Numbered from the stretch's first letter, positions 1 through 10,661 are shown. The stretch: DNA of 64,000 nt from Candidatus Obscuribacteraceae bacterium (GCA_044229845.1 JBGASG010000008.1:139899-203898), one strand, 5' to 3'. The notes: generated by a model from the sequence alone, not told the origin. Numbers and translations: made by a program.

Positions 1-400
1 TAAAGATTACCAGCGCCAGTCCCAGTCCGGTGACGATGTAACCGGCTCGCCACTTGCTGTTGTAGAAGATCATGCCGATACCGATCAGCAGAGGCAAGAA
101 GACAAAACCGCCGCCTCCCGCTCCGAATCCCAACCAGGCGAGAGCACCCGTGCCGATGCGAATATTGCTGAACACCATCAGGATGCCAACCGCCAGAGCC
201 ACCAGACCGCCGATCATATAAAGATCGGCTTTCAGCTCCTCACCGTCGTCGGCGACTGCGTGCTTTTTGGCGCCCCCAGACTTGGCTTCGCGCTTTTCTT
301 CTTCGCGCGCCACTTCGTCTTGTTTGAGCTCTTCCTGGTGTAGAGCCAGTTCTAGCTGCTCTAGTTTGTTTTCTATTTCGTCATCCCGTTTTTTGGGCAT
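1..400 (-). CDS. Membrane protein with charged coiled-coil N-terminus (partial, runs off window start)
   Basis: Manual translation from ATG at 400 (GAGG RBS upstream): MPKKRDDEIENKLEQLELALHQEELK...LYMIGGLVALAVGILMVF...FVFLPLLIGIGMIFYN; directly downstream of nadE on the same strand. Confidence 0.75.
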   Translation of the reverse strand, partial: MPKKRDDEIENKLEQLELALHQEELKQDEVAREEEKREAKSGGAKKHAVADDGEELKADLYMIGGLVALAVGILMVFSNIRIGTGALAWLGFGAGGGGFVFLPLLIGIGMIFYNSKWRAGYIVTGLGLALVIF

Positions 401-432
401 GGCTTGCTGGCTTCCTCAAATGAGCCGGGTGC

Positions 433-2121
433 TTACAATACAGACTTGTCAGCGGTTTTTCCAGCCTCTGCCTGCTCTCTGAAACGTTGTGCAATAGGCA
501 TGCGCCAGCCAAATCCGAACGACTGCGAGGTCACCTTGAGCCCCGGCGCCGCTTGATATCGTTTGTACTCGTTGCGGTCGATGCGGTTGACTACATCCAT
601 AACCACATCCGGGCGATACCCCAGCTTGACAATCTCGGCTGCCGATTTGCGCTCTTCGACATAAGCCCGCAATATGCCGTCCAGCACCACATATGGAGGC
701 AACGTGTCCTGGTCTTTTTGGTCCGGACGCAGCTCCGCCGATGGTGGCTTCTCGATGGTAGCGGCAGGAATAATTTCGTGCGCGTTGATCTCATTGATGT
801 ATTGGGCCAGCTCGTAGACCATCATCTTCGGCAAGTCGGATATCACCGCCAGTCCGCCGCACATGTCGCCGTATAAAGTGCAATAACCGACAGCCAGTTC
901 AGACTTGTTGCCGGTGGTCAAAACTAAATAACCGAATTTGTTGGACAGCGACATCAAAATCAAACCGCGCAATCGGGCTTGCATGTTCTCTTCCGTGAGG
1001 TCGGGCTGGGTATCCGCGAAGAGCGGCGCCAGAGTTTCTTCCATAGCCGTCATGCCGAGATTGATCGGCACCACTTCGTGGCGAATACCGAGGTTGGCGG
1101 CCAGCTGTTTGGCGTCGGTGATGCTGCCCTCAGATGAGTGAGGCGAAGGCATCAACACACCCATGACGCTCTCGGCGCCCAGCGCATCCACAGCCAGTGC
1201 CGCCACCACCGCCGAATCGATGCCGCCGGAAAGTCCGACTACCGCTCTGGTGAAACCACACTTGCGCATGTAGTCGCGCGTGCCCAACACAAGCGCCTTG
1301 TGGATGTTTTCGACGTTGTCTTCCGGACACTGGCGAATCGGACCGGCACCGGTTTGCAGGTCGACCAGAATCAGGTCTTCCTGGAATGCCGCCGCCTGCG
1401 CGATTAAGGTGCCGCCAGCGTCGACAACGATGGAACGCCCGTCGAATATCAGCTCGTCGTTGCCGCCGACTTGATTGACGTATACGACCGGAATCTGGTT
1501 TTTCTGCGCGTGGCTGCGCACCAGCTCGTGGCGAATATGCTGCTTGCCTATCGAATAGGGAGATGCCGAGATATTGATGAGCAGCTGAGGTTTGCCGGTT
1601 GTGCTCGATATGAGCTTGGCGATCGGATCATGTTGATACCGCGGGCGGGGATATATCGAGCCCTCGTTCCAGATATCTTCGCAAATCGATAGACCGATTA
1701 GATTTTCTCCCAGCGTGGCACAGCCGTGCGTCACTGCCGGCTCGAAATAACGGTCTTCGTCAAAGACATCGTATGTGGGTAGAAGAGTCTTATATTGCAC
1801 GGTCTGCATGACGCCGCCATGGAGGAAGGCACACGCGTTTCGCAACGGCCGACCGGGATGCTCGTTTCTGTCGACAAAGCCGAGAACCACAGCTATATGC
1901 GCCAGTCGTGCTTGTATATCTGCAACACCCTGTAAAGTCGCATCCACGAAACTAGGCTTCAGTAGCAGATCGAGCGGTGGATATCCGCAGACGGCCAGCT
2001 CCGGAAACACAACCATATCAGCGCCCAAATCGCTGGACCGGAGCCCGTAGTCGACGATCCGCTCAACATTACCGGTGATGTCACCGACCGTTGGATTAAT
2101 TTGTGCCAGAGCGATTTTCAT
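433..2121 (-). CDS. nadE: Glutamine-dependent NAD+ synthetase
   Basis: N-terminal nitrilase/CN-hydrolase domain (VFPEL, LPTYDVFDEDRYF, ICEDIW) plus NAD synthase domain (GLSGGIDS, ENMQARLRG, TTGNKSE, PPSAELRPDQKDQD). Confidence 0.97.
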   Translation of the reverse strand: MKIALAQINPTVGDITGNVERIVDYGLRSSDLGADMVVFPELAVCGYPPLDLLLKPSFVDATLQGVADIQARLAHIAVVLGFVDRNEHPGRPLRNACAFLHGGVMQTVQYKTLLPTYDVFDEDRYFEPAVTHGCATLGENLIGLSICEDIWNEGSIYPRPRYQHDPIAKLISSTTGKPQLLINISASPYSIGKQHIRHELVRSHAQKNQIPVVYVNQVGGNDELIFDGRSIVVDAGGTLIAQAAAFQEDLILVDLQTGAGPIRQCPEDNVENIHKALVLGTRDYMRKCGFTRAVVGLSGGIDSAVVAALAVDALGAESVMGVLMPSPHSSEGSITDAKQLAANLGIRHEVVPINLGMTAMEETLAPLFADTQPDLTEENMQARLRGLILMSLSNKFGYLVLTTGNKSELAVGYCTLYGDMCGGLAVISDLPKMMVYELAQYINEINAHEIIPAATIEKPPSAELRPDQKDQDTLPPYVVLDGILRAYVEERKSAAEIVKLGYRPDVVMDVVNRIDRNEYKRYQAAPGLKVTSQSFGFGWRMPIAQRFREQAEAGKTADKSVL

Positions 2122-2276
2122 GAGCTGTCCCTATTCGCCCGATATCGGCGCAGGTCCGCATTCCGAGCCGAACACCATTATATGAATAAGGCCTTGTCAG
2201 TTCCATGTCAACAGCTATAATCGAATTATCCTTGACTGACTTTCCTCCCACCTTACTAGGAAGGCCGCCCCTCCGC

Positions 2277-3662
2277 ATGAGTCTCGCACCCCGCCGGCGA
2301 CCGTTGTTCGCCCTTTTATCCGCCCTTGCAATCCTCACTTCCGCAGCCACATCCCTGGTGGTGCCGCAAGCCGCCACGGCTCGTGAATCGTCCGCCGCCG
2401 GACACACCGCCGATGGTGCCGGACTATGGATCACCATGTGGGACTATCCGAGCGGAGACCTCGATGCCTACTGCAACAACCTGCGTGCCAACGGCATCCG
2501 CAACCTCTTCGTGCAGACCTCTCGCAGCAATACACCTGCGATCGTCAAACCGACCGAACTGGGCAATTTGATCGACGCCTGTCACCGCCATCAAATCCGC
2601 GTTGTTGCCTGGTCATTTGCCACTCTCACCAGCCCGGTCGCCGATGCCGACAAAATGGTGGCAGCCGCTGAGTTTACCTCTCCAGGCGGCGACCGCATCG
2701 ACGGACTGGCACCGGATCTGGAGACCAATCTCGAGTTGTGGCGCGTCGAAGCCTACAGCAAGCGGTTGCGCGAGAAACTGGGCAACAACTATCCTTTGAC
2801 CGCCGTGGTCTACAGCCCGCTCAACAAGGCTCCGGAAGTGGCTCGCACACCGTGGCGCTTGCTGGCCAAGTACTACGACGTGATCGCGCCGATGGCTTAC
2901 TGGAACAGCAAGTGGGCCAAGCTCGATGCCTATGAATACACGGTCGAGACTGTCCAGCGCATCCGCGAACTGACCGCGCGCCCGGACATGGAGATTCACG
3001 TGATCGGCGATGGCATGGGCACCAAGAAAGACGCGATTGCCATGTTCATGAAAGGCTGCCAGCGCGCCGAGGCGACCAGCGCCAGTCTGTATCCCAACCA
3101 CAAGGTGACCGACGAACAGCTGGCATCGATGTCGCGCTACAGCGACTACTTCAAAGCCAACTCGCGCGTGCGCCTGGCGGCATTCAAAGAAATGATGAAC
3201 GGCGGTGACCTGAATGCCCCGCCCCTCAGCGACCCGTCGCAGCCGATCAACCGTGGCGACTTCTACGCACTGGTCTGCAAGCAACTGGTGCTGCGCGGCA
3301 GCGCCAAAGCCACCAGCATGCGCGATTTGAGCCAGTTGGAAGCCTATCAGTTGTTGCTCAACAGCGGCATGTTGCCCCAGCCCACCAAGATGGGTGATGC
3401 TTGCGAAAGGCTGATTCTGCCTATATCGCAGCAAGAAGCGACGTCGTTGATTGCCCATGTGGTCGCCTCCAAACACGGAGGGCATCACGGGCGCAGTCGG
3501 CATATCTCAGCCATCGGCCGCGGCAGTGTCGGCGCGTTGATTGGCGGGCATCTGACTCCGCCAGCAGCGGCAGCCATGCCGGCGGTGCCGACCTCGGCGG
3601 CCAATGCAGTCAACTATCTCGATGCAGCGCACATGGTGCTGCAAGCGCGCTCGTCACTTTAG
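2277..3662 (+). CDS. Secreted hypothetical protein, putative glycoside-hydrolase-like TIM barrel
   Basis: Signal-peptide-like N-terminus; GLWITMW, IDGLAPDLE and YDVIAPMAYW resemble GH-like barrel strands; start uncertain (2205 or 2277). Confidence 0.6.
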   Translation: MSLAPRRRPLFALLSALAILTSAATSLVVPQAATARESSAAGHTADGAGLWITMWDYPSGDLDAYCNNLRANGIRNLFVQTSRSNTPAIVKPTELGNLIDACHRHQIRVVAWSFATLTSPVADADKMVAAAEFTSPGGDRIDGLAPDLETNLELWRVEAYSKRLREKLGNNYPLTAVVYSPLNKAPEVARTPWRLLAKYYDVIAPMAYWNSKWAKLDAYEYTVETVQRIRELTARPDMEIHVIGDGMGTKKDAIAMFMKGCQRAEATSASLYPNHKVTDEQLASMSRYSDYFKANSRVRLAAFKEMMNGGDLNAPPLSDPSQPINRGDFYALVCKQLVLRGSAKATSMRDLSQLEAYQLLLNSGMLPQPTKMGDACERLILPISQQEATSLIAHVVASKHGGHHGRSRHISAIGRGSVGALIGGHLTPPAAAAMPAVPTSAANAVNYLDAAHMVLQARSSL

Positions 3663-4082
3663 GTCATCGGCTAGAGCATCCGCTCGTATCTACTTAACTC
3701 GGCCCAAGTGGCGGCCGCGAAGCGAGCGCGATGACTCGATGCAGCCCCTCGAATCCATTTATTGATGGGTTATTACTTCGAAAAGCGGGTAAATGGCTTA
3801 TACGTCAGTGAGTGCTGGTTTGGAAGGAGACATAGGAGTCTCGAGGTTGCCATCTGGGTGGCATAATCAGCCTTTTCGCTGCCATTAAATCTGCATCTTT
3901 ATCGATTTAAAGGTGTTATCCTGTTAGTAGCTAAAAATACGATGGATTCAGGTGTTCAGCCTGATTCACCCGCACACGAAAGGGGGCAATCCTGACCTGC
4001 GGGACATAGGTTTCATTCGGAAGGGTGGCAGCGAGGCTGTCAGCCCTTTTCGTCGTTTTATAGGGTGTTAGGAGGTTCTCGC

Positions 4083-4682
4083 ATGCATGTAACCGTCACC
4101 GGACGAAACATAGACCTGACTCCTCCATTGAAAGAGTACTTGATGGACAAACTGCGCCGAGCGCAGAAGCATTTCGATCATCCGCTGGAAGTAACCGCAA
4201 CGCTCAGCGTTGCTAAGAACCCATCCATAGCCGACAACCAGACCGTTGAGGTAAGCATCAAAGTCAACGGCACTGTCATCCGCGGCGAAGAATCGACCGA
4301 AAACATGTACGCATCAATCGACCTCGTCGCCGACAAGATTGAGCGTCAGTTGCGCAAATACAAGACCAAGTACTGGCACAAGGGAGCCAAGGGCAACGGG
4401 CATCGCGTCGCCGACGACGACGAGCCGGTTGTGCTGGACACGGGCGCAGAAGAAGACGATGAAATGGCAGTTGTTCGCGCCATGAACTTCGACGATCTCA
4501 AGCCGAAAATCGTCCGTTCCAAGCGTTTTCCATTGAAGCCCATGACTGCCGAAGAGGCCGCCGCCCACATGGATCTGCTAGGACATGACTTCTTCATGTT
4601 CATCAACTCAGATTCCGGTCAGGTCAACACGGTCTATCACCGTCGCGACGGCAACTACGGACTGATTGAACCGGAAGTCTGA
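4083..4682 (+). CDS. hpf: Long ribosome hibernation promoting factor (HPF/RaiA/LrtA)
   Basis: VTGRNIDLTPPLKEY, NMYASIDLVADKIERQLRKYK, C-terminal KPMTAEEAAAHMDLLGHDFFMF...YHRRDGNYGLIEP; GGAGG RBS before ATG 4083. Confidence 0.95.
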   Translation: MHVTVTGRNIDLTPPLKEYLMDKLRRAQKHFDHPLEVTATLSVAKNPSIADNQTVEVSIKVNGTVIRGEESTENMYASIDLVADKIERQLRKYKTKYWHKGAKGNGHRVADDDEPVVLDTGAEEDDEMAVVRAMNFDDLKPKIVRSKRFPLKPMTAEEAAAHMDLLGHDFFMFINSDSGQVNTVYHRRDGNYGLIEPEV

Positions 4683-4823
4683 AGTCCGGACACCAAAATC
4701 CAGGTTTAAATTACGTTGACTCTAGGTCTAACCCTCGGGCGGGCTTCAACGGTTTCCTTTAGAATCGCTAAGTGGGATTCGTGCTCTCGCCTTTTTTCTG
4801 CACTTTTTTGAGGTATTCCGGCT

Positions 4824-7800
4824 TTGGGTAACAACGTCTTTTTGGCGTCGCGTCGCAAGAGGGTCTCTCTCTTGATTTCCTGCCTGAGCACGCTATTGGC
4901 AGCCACCGTCACCATCTCGCCCTGGTCGCCGTCTCCCAGCAACTTTGCATACGCTGCCGCCAGCGGAGCGGTAATCAGCCTCAACAACGAAGGCGTCAAA
5001 GCACTCAACGCCGGCAACTATCAACTCGCCATTCAGAAATTCGAAGCCGCTTACAAGCTCGACCCCACCTATCAACTGGCGCGGGAGAACCTCGCCATCG
5101 CCTACAACAACTACGGTCTGCAGATGCAGAACAACCCGGGCGAAGCCATCAAGTGGTTCCACAAGTCACTGTCGCTCAACCCGAACAACGCCACCACTCA
5201 AGGCAACCTCAACACCATCGTGCAGATGCTGGGCAAAAACCCGGGCAGCTACAAAGACCGCATGGAGATGGGACGGGCAGCGCGTCTCGCCGGCGACTTC
5301 GATGGTGCCATCGTCGAATATGCAGCGGCGCTGCGCATCAAAGACGACCCCAAATTGCATGCCGACCTCGGCGATGTTTACCGCGTGCGCGATCGGCTTG
5401 ATGACGCCATTCGCGAGTTTCAGGCAGCACTGAAGTCCGGCGTAGATCCGGCAACCGCCGCCGATGTCAACGTAAAACTCGGTCAGGCATTCCAGGCCAA
5501 GAAAGACCTCAAGTCGGCGATCGTGGCTTACGGTGAGGCGATCAAAGCCAAGCCCGACGACCGCGACGTGCTCGATGCCTTGCAAGCCGGTTGGGAACAG
5601 GCTCTGCGCGAGAATCCCCAGGCACCGGAAAACCATATCGGTCTCGGACAAGCGCTGCAATACCGCGGCGACTTCCAGCAAGCCGAAGCCGAATACAAGA
5701 TGGCTCTGCGTTTCGATCCCAACAATGCCATCGCCAAACGGCTCCTGGCAGGCATCCCCGATGCCAAACGGCAGTCCGCGATCAACAAGAACATCAACGC
5801 CGGCGTCGACTTGCAAGCACGCAAGCAATACGACATGGCTATCGCTCAATATTTGGAAGCACTGAAAGCTGATCCGAAAAACGTCGACGTGATCGTCAAC
5901 ATCGGGACCGCATTCCAGGCGAAGGGCGACTACGACAACGCGATTGCCTACTACCAGAAAGCTCAGGCGATTCAGCCCAGTAATCAATTAGCGGCGCAAG
6001 GCATCAAAGCATCAACCGCTGAGAAACGCGAGAAGATGCTGGAAGCCGCAGGCAAAGCCGGTCAGGAACTGTTTGCTGCCAAGAAATACCCTGAAGCTCT
6101 CGCTGCATATCAAAAGGTAGCGGCGGCGCAACCGGAAGATCCGGAAAACCACTTCAACATCGGCGCCGTGCTGCAAGCTATGGGTCGGTTGGATGAAGCG
6201 ATTGCCGAGTACAACCAGGCGATCCGCTTGAACAAAGATCCCAAGGAGAAACGGTACGACGACGCTCTTGCTGCGGCACGGAAGAAGAAAGCCGATCCGA
6301 TTATGGAACAGGCAGTCGCCGCCCACAAAGCCAAGGACTACAACAAGGCGATCGATCTGTATCAACAAGCAATCAGCTTGCAGCCCGACAACGCCAGCTT
6401 GTACTTCAACCTGGCTGGTGCTCTGTACTCGCGTGAGAATTATCCGGACGCGCAGAAGAACTACGAGAAAGCGCTGCAACTGGATCCGAAAGGACAAGTC
6501 GACGACCTCTGGTTGATCGGCGCCATTCAAGAACACATGGGCGATGGCTATGCCGCCATGGGCTCGTACCGCAAATATGTGACGCAGGCACCGAGCGGAA
6601 AATTCATCGCGTTAGCCAAGGACCGTCTTGATGCCCTGACAAGAAACCCGCGCGACACGCAGAAGATCAAGAACGAAGCCGAGCTGAATGCCATCGCCTC
6701 CGCCGGTGACGCGTACAAAGCTGGTACGGCCGCGTACGCCGAAAAACGCTACGACGAAGCCCTCGCCGCGTATCAGAAGGCATTCGCCGCGCAGCCGAAA
6801 GAACCTGCCTACGCCTACGCAGTCGGCACCGCTTTTCACGCGAAGCAAGACTACGACAACGCAATGAAGTGGTATCAATCCGCTGCCGAAATTTTGAAGG
6901 GACAGACTAAACCGGATCCGGTCCTGGTCAAGGACATTCCGGCAGCCATGGAAAAAGCCATGGGCGACAAAGCCGAGCCAATTGCTAAAGCTGCTGTCGA
7001 GAAACAAACAGCCGGCGACCTTGCGGGCGCTATAGCGATGTATAACCAGGCACTACAGCTGATACCAAAGAACGCTCCCCTGTGGACAAACTTAGGTTCC
7101 GCCTACCAAAACAGCGACGACTTCCAGAACGCGCGCAACGCGTATCAAAAGGCTCTGGACCTCGACAAGAAAGCCTCGTGCGCCAACTACTATTTGCTCG
7201 CCAAAATCGATGAGCACTTCGGCAAGGCATCGGACGCGCTCAACAACTATCGCAAGTACCTCTCGGAATGTGGTGGCGGACAGTTCTCCGCCGACGCCAA
7301 CGATCGCGTCAAGATACTGGCACAGGGCGGACCGACGCAGAAGCTATCGACCCAAGCTGAAATCAAAACAGCCAAGGCCGCCGGCGATGCATTCGATGCA
7401 GCCACCAAAGCGCAGACAGCCGGCAACTGGGACGAAGCAATCGCCAACTACAACAAAGCGATTCAGATTCAACCGAAGGAACCGGCTTATCTGTTCGGCT
7501 TGGGTTCCGCCTATCAAGGAAAGCAGGACTTTGCAAACGCAATCGTCTGGTATCAAAAGGCAGTCGACCTGGCCAACTCGCCCGAGTTGAAGACAAAGTA
7601 TAAGGATCAAATCGCTGAGTACAGTAAATATCTGGGCATCGCCAAGACAGGCGCCATGCAACCGATCGCTGACGAAGCACTGAAACTGTTCCAGGCGCAA
7701 GACTACAAGGGTGCGGCTGGAAAGTACCGTCAAGCTCTAACCATGATGCCCGACGATCCGGACCTGCACCTCAACCTGGCAGCAGCACTGCAGGCCGCCG

Positions 7801-9365
7801 ACGACTTCGCCGGCGCCAAGCCTGAGTACGAAAAAACATACCAGCTCGATCCAAAAGGCAAAGCCGACACGCTCTACTTCATTGCCGCGCTCCAGGAGCA
7901 CTTCGGTGACGGCGCCAAGGCGCTGGACACATACCGACAATACGTCACTAAGTGCCCAACGGGACAGTACCTAGAATACGCCAAACTCCGCATCGCAGCC
8001 CTGTCCAAGAACGTACTCGACATAGTAAAAATCCCGACCGCGGCCGAGAGCAAAAACCAAACCGCTATTCGTGACAATTTCGACAAAGGCGTCAAACTGC
8101 AGCAAGACGGTAAGCTGCAAGAAGCCGTTGCCATCTATCAAGACCTCCAGAAGCAGGTTCCCAACGAACCAGCCTACGCGTACGCGGAAGGCACGGCACA
8201 ACAGCAGCTGGGCAACATGGAAGCCGCGATTTCTCTTTACGAAAAGGCATCGCGCCTGGATTCGAAGAACAAGGATTACGCCAACGCATTGTCTGCTGCC
8301 AAACAAGCACGCGGTGCCACCATGCTTGATGATGCTGCGAAGAAACAAGCAGCCGGAGACCTGCCTGGCGCGCAAGAAGCCTACAAGAAAGCAATCGCCG
8401 CCGATCCCAAAAACGCCAAGTTGCACACCTATTACGCGGCATTGCTACAGCAGATGGAAAACTGGCAGGGCGCCCGCGACGAATTCAACACCGCCCTGGC
8501 AATGGATCCCAAGGGCGAAGGCGAAGACTACTTCTATATGGCTCGTTTGGACGAGCACTTCGGGCGCGGCGCACAAGCAAACGGCGAGTATCAGAAGTAC
8601 ATAGCGCAATATCCGAAAGGACAGTATGCCGCAGAGGCGCAAGCTCGCGTCAAGGCTCTGACAGCCAATCCCAACGACGTGATCAAGATGCAAACCGCTG
8701 CCGAAGTCAAAGTTGCCGGCGAAGGGCAGGCTCTTTTTGATGAAGCTGTAAAACTCCAACAAGATAAGAAAACGGACGAAGCAATCGCAAAGTATCTGGA
8801 AGTCCTGAAGGTAATCCCGAACTCCGACGCTGCCTGGTACGCGTATGCCACTGCTTTGTTTGAGAAACAAGATTGGGACGGCGCCATCAAAGCACTTGAA
8901 AAAGCGATTCAAATTAAACCCAGCGAGGCGTCCTACAAGCAGGTACTGCAACAAGCGAAAGCCGCGAAAGGACAGGTGCAAGCTGGTCCGTTGCTGCAAT
9001 CCGCCATCGACAAACAGACCAAGCAAAACGACTTGAAGGGCGCGATTGCCGATTACGAAGCCGCGCTCAAGTTGTGGGATGATGCTTCGACTCACATGAA
9101 TTGCGGTACCGCCTACCAAGCCGACAACAACTTCCAGGGCGCGCTCATGCATTACGACCGCGCGCTGCAACTCGATCCGAAGTTGTTTGATGTGCTCTAC
9201 TACCGCGGGCTGGTCTACGAAAACTTGAAGAAAGCGCCGCAAGCCATCGCCGACTACAAGAAGTACTTGCAGTTACAACCGACCGGTCAAAATGCACCTG
9301 CCGTCAAAGACCGTCTCAAGGCGCTCGGCGTCAAAATGGTGACCGCGCCCGCCAAACACATGTAG
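4824..9365 (+). CDS. Giant exported tetratricopeptide-repeat protein
   Basis: 1513-aa ORF with hydrophobic N-terminal signal/TM segment followed by dozens of TPR motifs (e.g. AIAEYNQAIRLN, YFNLAGALY). Confidence 0.9.
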   Translation: MGNNVFLASRRKRVSLLISCLSTLLAATVTISPWSPSPSNFAYAAASGAVISLNNEGVKALNAGNYQLAIQKFEAAYKLDPTYQLARENLAIAYNNYGLQMQNNPGEAIKWFHKSLSLNPNNATTQGNLNTIVQMLGKNPGSYKDRMEMGRAARLAGDFDGAIVEYAAALRIKDDPKLHADLGDVYRVRDRLDDAIREFQAALKSGVDPATAADVNVKLGQAFQAKKDLKSAIVAYGEAIKAKPDDRDVLDALQAGWEQALRENPQAPENHIGLGQALQYRGDFQQAEAEYKMALRFDPNNAIAKRLLAGIPDAKRQSAINKNINAGVDLQARKQYDMAIAQYLEALKADPKNVDVIVNIGTAFQAKGDYDNAIAYYQKAQAIQPSNQLAAQGIKASTAEKREKMLEAAGKAGQELFAAKKYPEALAAYQKVAAAQPEDPENHFNIGAVLQAMGRLDEAIAEYNQAIRLNKDPKEKRYDDALAAARKKKADPIMEQAVAAHKAKDYNKAIDLYQQAISLQPDNASLYFNLAGALYSRENYPDAQKNYEKALQLDPKGQVDDLWLIGAIQEHMGDGYAAMGSYRKYVTQAPSGKFIALAKDRLDALTRNPRDTQKIKNEAELNAIASAGDAYKAGTAAYAEKRYDEALAAYQKAFAAQPKEPAYAYAVGTAFHAKQDYDNAMKWYQSAAEILKGQTKPDPVLVKDIPAAMEKAMGDKAEPIAKAAVEKQTAGDLAGAIAMYNQALQLIPKNAPLWTNLGSAYQNSDDFQNARNAYQKALDLDKKASCANYYLLAKIDEHFGKASDALNNYRKYLSECGGGQFSADANDRVKILAQGGPTQKLSTQAEIKTAKAAGDAFDAATKAQTAGNWDEAIANYNKAIQIQPKEPAYLFGLGSAYQGKQDFANAIVWYQKAVDLANSPELKTKYKDQIAEYSKYLGIAKTGAMQPIADEALKLFQAQDYKGAAGKYRQALTMMPDDPDLHLNLAAALQAADDFAGAKPEYEKTYQLDPKGKADTLYFIAALQEHFGDGAKALDTYRQYVTKCPTGQYLEYAKLRIAALSKNVLDIVKIPTAAESKNQTAIRDNFDKGVKLQQDGKLQEAVAIYQDLQKQVPNEPAYAYAEGTAQQQLGNMEAAISLYEKASRLDSKNKDYANALSAAKQARGATMLDDAAKKQAAGDLPGAQEAYKKAIAADPKNAKLHTYYAALLQQMENWQGARDEFNTALAMDPKGEGEDYFYMARLDEHFGRGAQANGEYQKYIAQYPKGQYAAEAQARVKALTANPNDVIKMQTAAEVKVAGEGQALFDEAVKLQQDKKTDEAIAKYLEVLKVIPNSDAAWYAYATALFEKQDWDGAIKALEKAIQIKPSEASYKQVLQQAKAAKGQVQAGPLLQSAIDKQTKQNDLKGAIADYEAALKLWDDASTHMNCGTAYQADNNFQGALMHYDRALQLDPKLFDVLYYRGLVYENLKKAPQAIADYKKYLQLQPTGQNAPAVKDRLKALGVKMVTAPAKHM

Positions 9366-9369
9366 AGTC

Positions 9370-9653
9370 GGTGGCCGCCTAAAGCGCGGTCGGCGATGCG
9401 TTGTCCCCCTAAGGCATTGACCGCAGTGGCGGCCAACAAAAGACATTTTTGACCGCAGTGGCGGCCAAACCTCGCATTTGTGGCCGCCGTGGCGGTCAAA
9501 TGCTGCTGTGTCCGACCGCCGTGGCGGCCACCGCGAACGAAGCACATCGGCGCCGTCATCGATCCGCGCGCATCGATCCGTTGTCGGCATTGTCACCTCC
9601 CACGTTGTCCGCCACGGCGGGCAAATCGAGCCATTCGTGTCCGCCAAGGCGGA
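9370..9653. repeat. Cluster of REP-like GC-rich palindromes between convergent genes
   Basis: TTGACCGCAGTGGCGGCCAA at 9417 and 9449, inverted variant TGGCCGCCGTGGCGGTCAA at 9481, GACCGCCGTGGCGGCCAC at 9514, and shorter CCGCC-N-GGCGG copies near 9609 and 9640. Confidence 0.7.
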
Positions 9654-9724
9654 CAGAGTGGGATCACCCGGGTGGTTAGCGACCCGTTCATCAAGCGGGG
9701 GCCTCATTTCGTGGGCTGCGGCGC

Positions 9725-10600
9725 TCATTTCGTGGGCTGCGGTGCGGATGGTTTGTAGGCGAGGTAGTATTCCCAGGCGAGACGCTGAAGTTCTTCTGCC
9801 TTCGCCGGCGGCAGGTCAACGACGGTAATGTCGCGCTTGCGCGTTTCGTTGAGTGCGGTGATCTTCGCCGGCATGCCCGTTGGCTCGCGCCCGAACATGT
9901 AGCAGTAGAACACGCACGCCGAGAGATATGAGCCCTCCGGTCCCGGATGGTGATGGTCGCTCGACCAGAGATCGATTTTTGGATTTTGCCCGACTGCGTA
10001 AAACCAGGTTTCGCCGACCGGAATCACCGGTGCGCCGGTTGCCTCAGCCAGCTCGGCGTAAGCTTTCGTGACCTTCGCCTGATTATCCGCTTGTCCGAGA
10101 TAGGCATAAGTCTGAAATAAGATCGGCTGCTCGTGATGCTCACGAGCCATCTGTGCAAGCTGGTATCCGTAGTAGATCAGACCCTTACGATCATAGATAG
10201 GTTCGGTGCTCGCCCCTTGAATAACCATGTAATCGAACGGACCGTTGTTATCTAGAATCCGCTTCACGAGCCCGTCGTCGATATGCTGCTCGAGGCGCCG
10301 CGATGGTATCAGCACCTGCCAGAATTTAGTTTGCTTGTGCAAACCCCGATCACTTTCAATAAACGCTTTGAGAATTGCAGGAATCGAATTTGTAAATGTG
10401 AGACTGTTGCCGACCCACATGATTTTGACCGCGTCCGCGTCCTTGCTGTCGGAAAGCCGTGGTGCCTGGTTGACCTCCATCTCGCAAAGTGCGCGGTCGA
10501 ACATAAACCAGAAGCCGACACCAAAAATAACAACGAATGCCACCACCGCGAACAGAAATAATTTGATCACTCGCCAAACGGTTTTTTTGGTTATCGCCAT
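9725..10600 (-). CDS. SGNH/GDSL-like hydrolase, membrane-anchored
   Basis: N-terminal TM helix; WVGNSLT block I motif; DHHHPGPEGSYLSACVFY block V; likely start at ATG 10600. Confidence 0.8.
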   Translation of the reverse strand: MAITKKTVWRVIKLFLFAVVAFVVIFGVGFWFMFDRALCEMEVNQAPRLSDSKDADAVKIMWVGNSLTFTNSIPAILKAFIESDRGLHKQTKFWQVLIPSRRLEQHIDDGLVKRILDNNGPFDYMVIQGASTEPIYDRKGLIYYGYQLAQMAREHHEQPILFQTYAYLGQADNQAKVTKAYAELAEATGAPVIPVGETWFYAVGQNPKIDLWSSDHHHPGPEGSYLSACVFYCYMFGREPTGMPAKITALNETRKRDITVVDLPPAKAEELQRLAWEYYLAYKPSAPQPTK

Positions 10601-10661
10601 GAAGATGCTTTTGAAGATGCTTTGCTGATGCTTTTGTTGATGTTGGTGTGGGGTCAGTTCT

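Noticed and set aside
4010..4035. SRP RNA core (GGAAGG...GCAGC)
   Set aside because: Lacks the upstream TCAGG symmetric-loop sequence and the long closing helix
9417..9531. Mini-CRISPR array (about 32-bp period)
   Set aside because: Spacers are only about 12 bp, copies occur in both orientations and are degenerate; fits REP-like repeats
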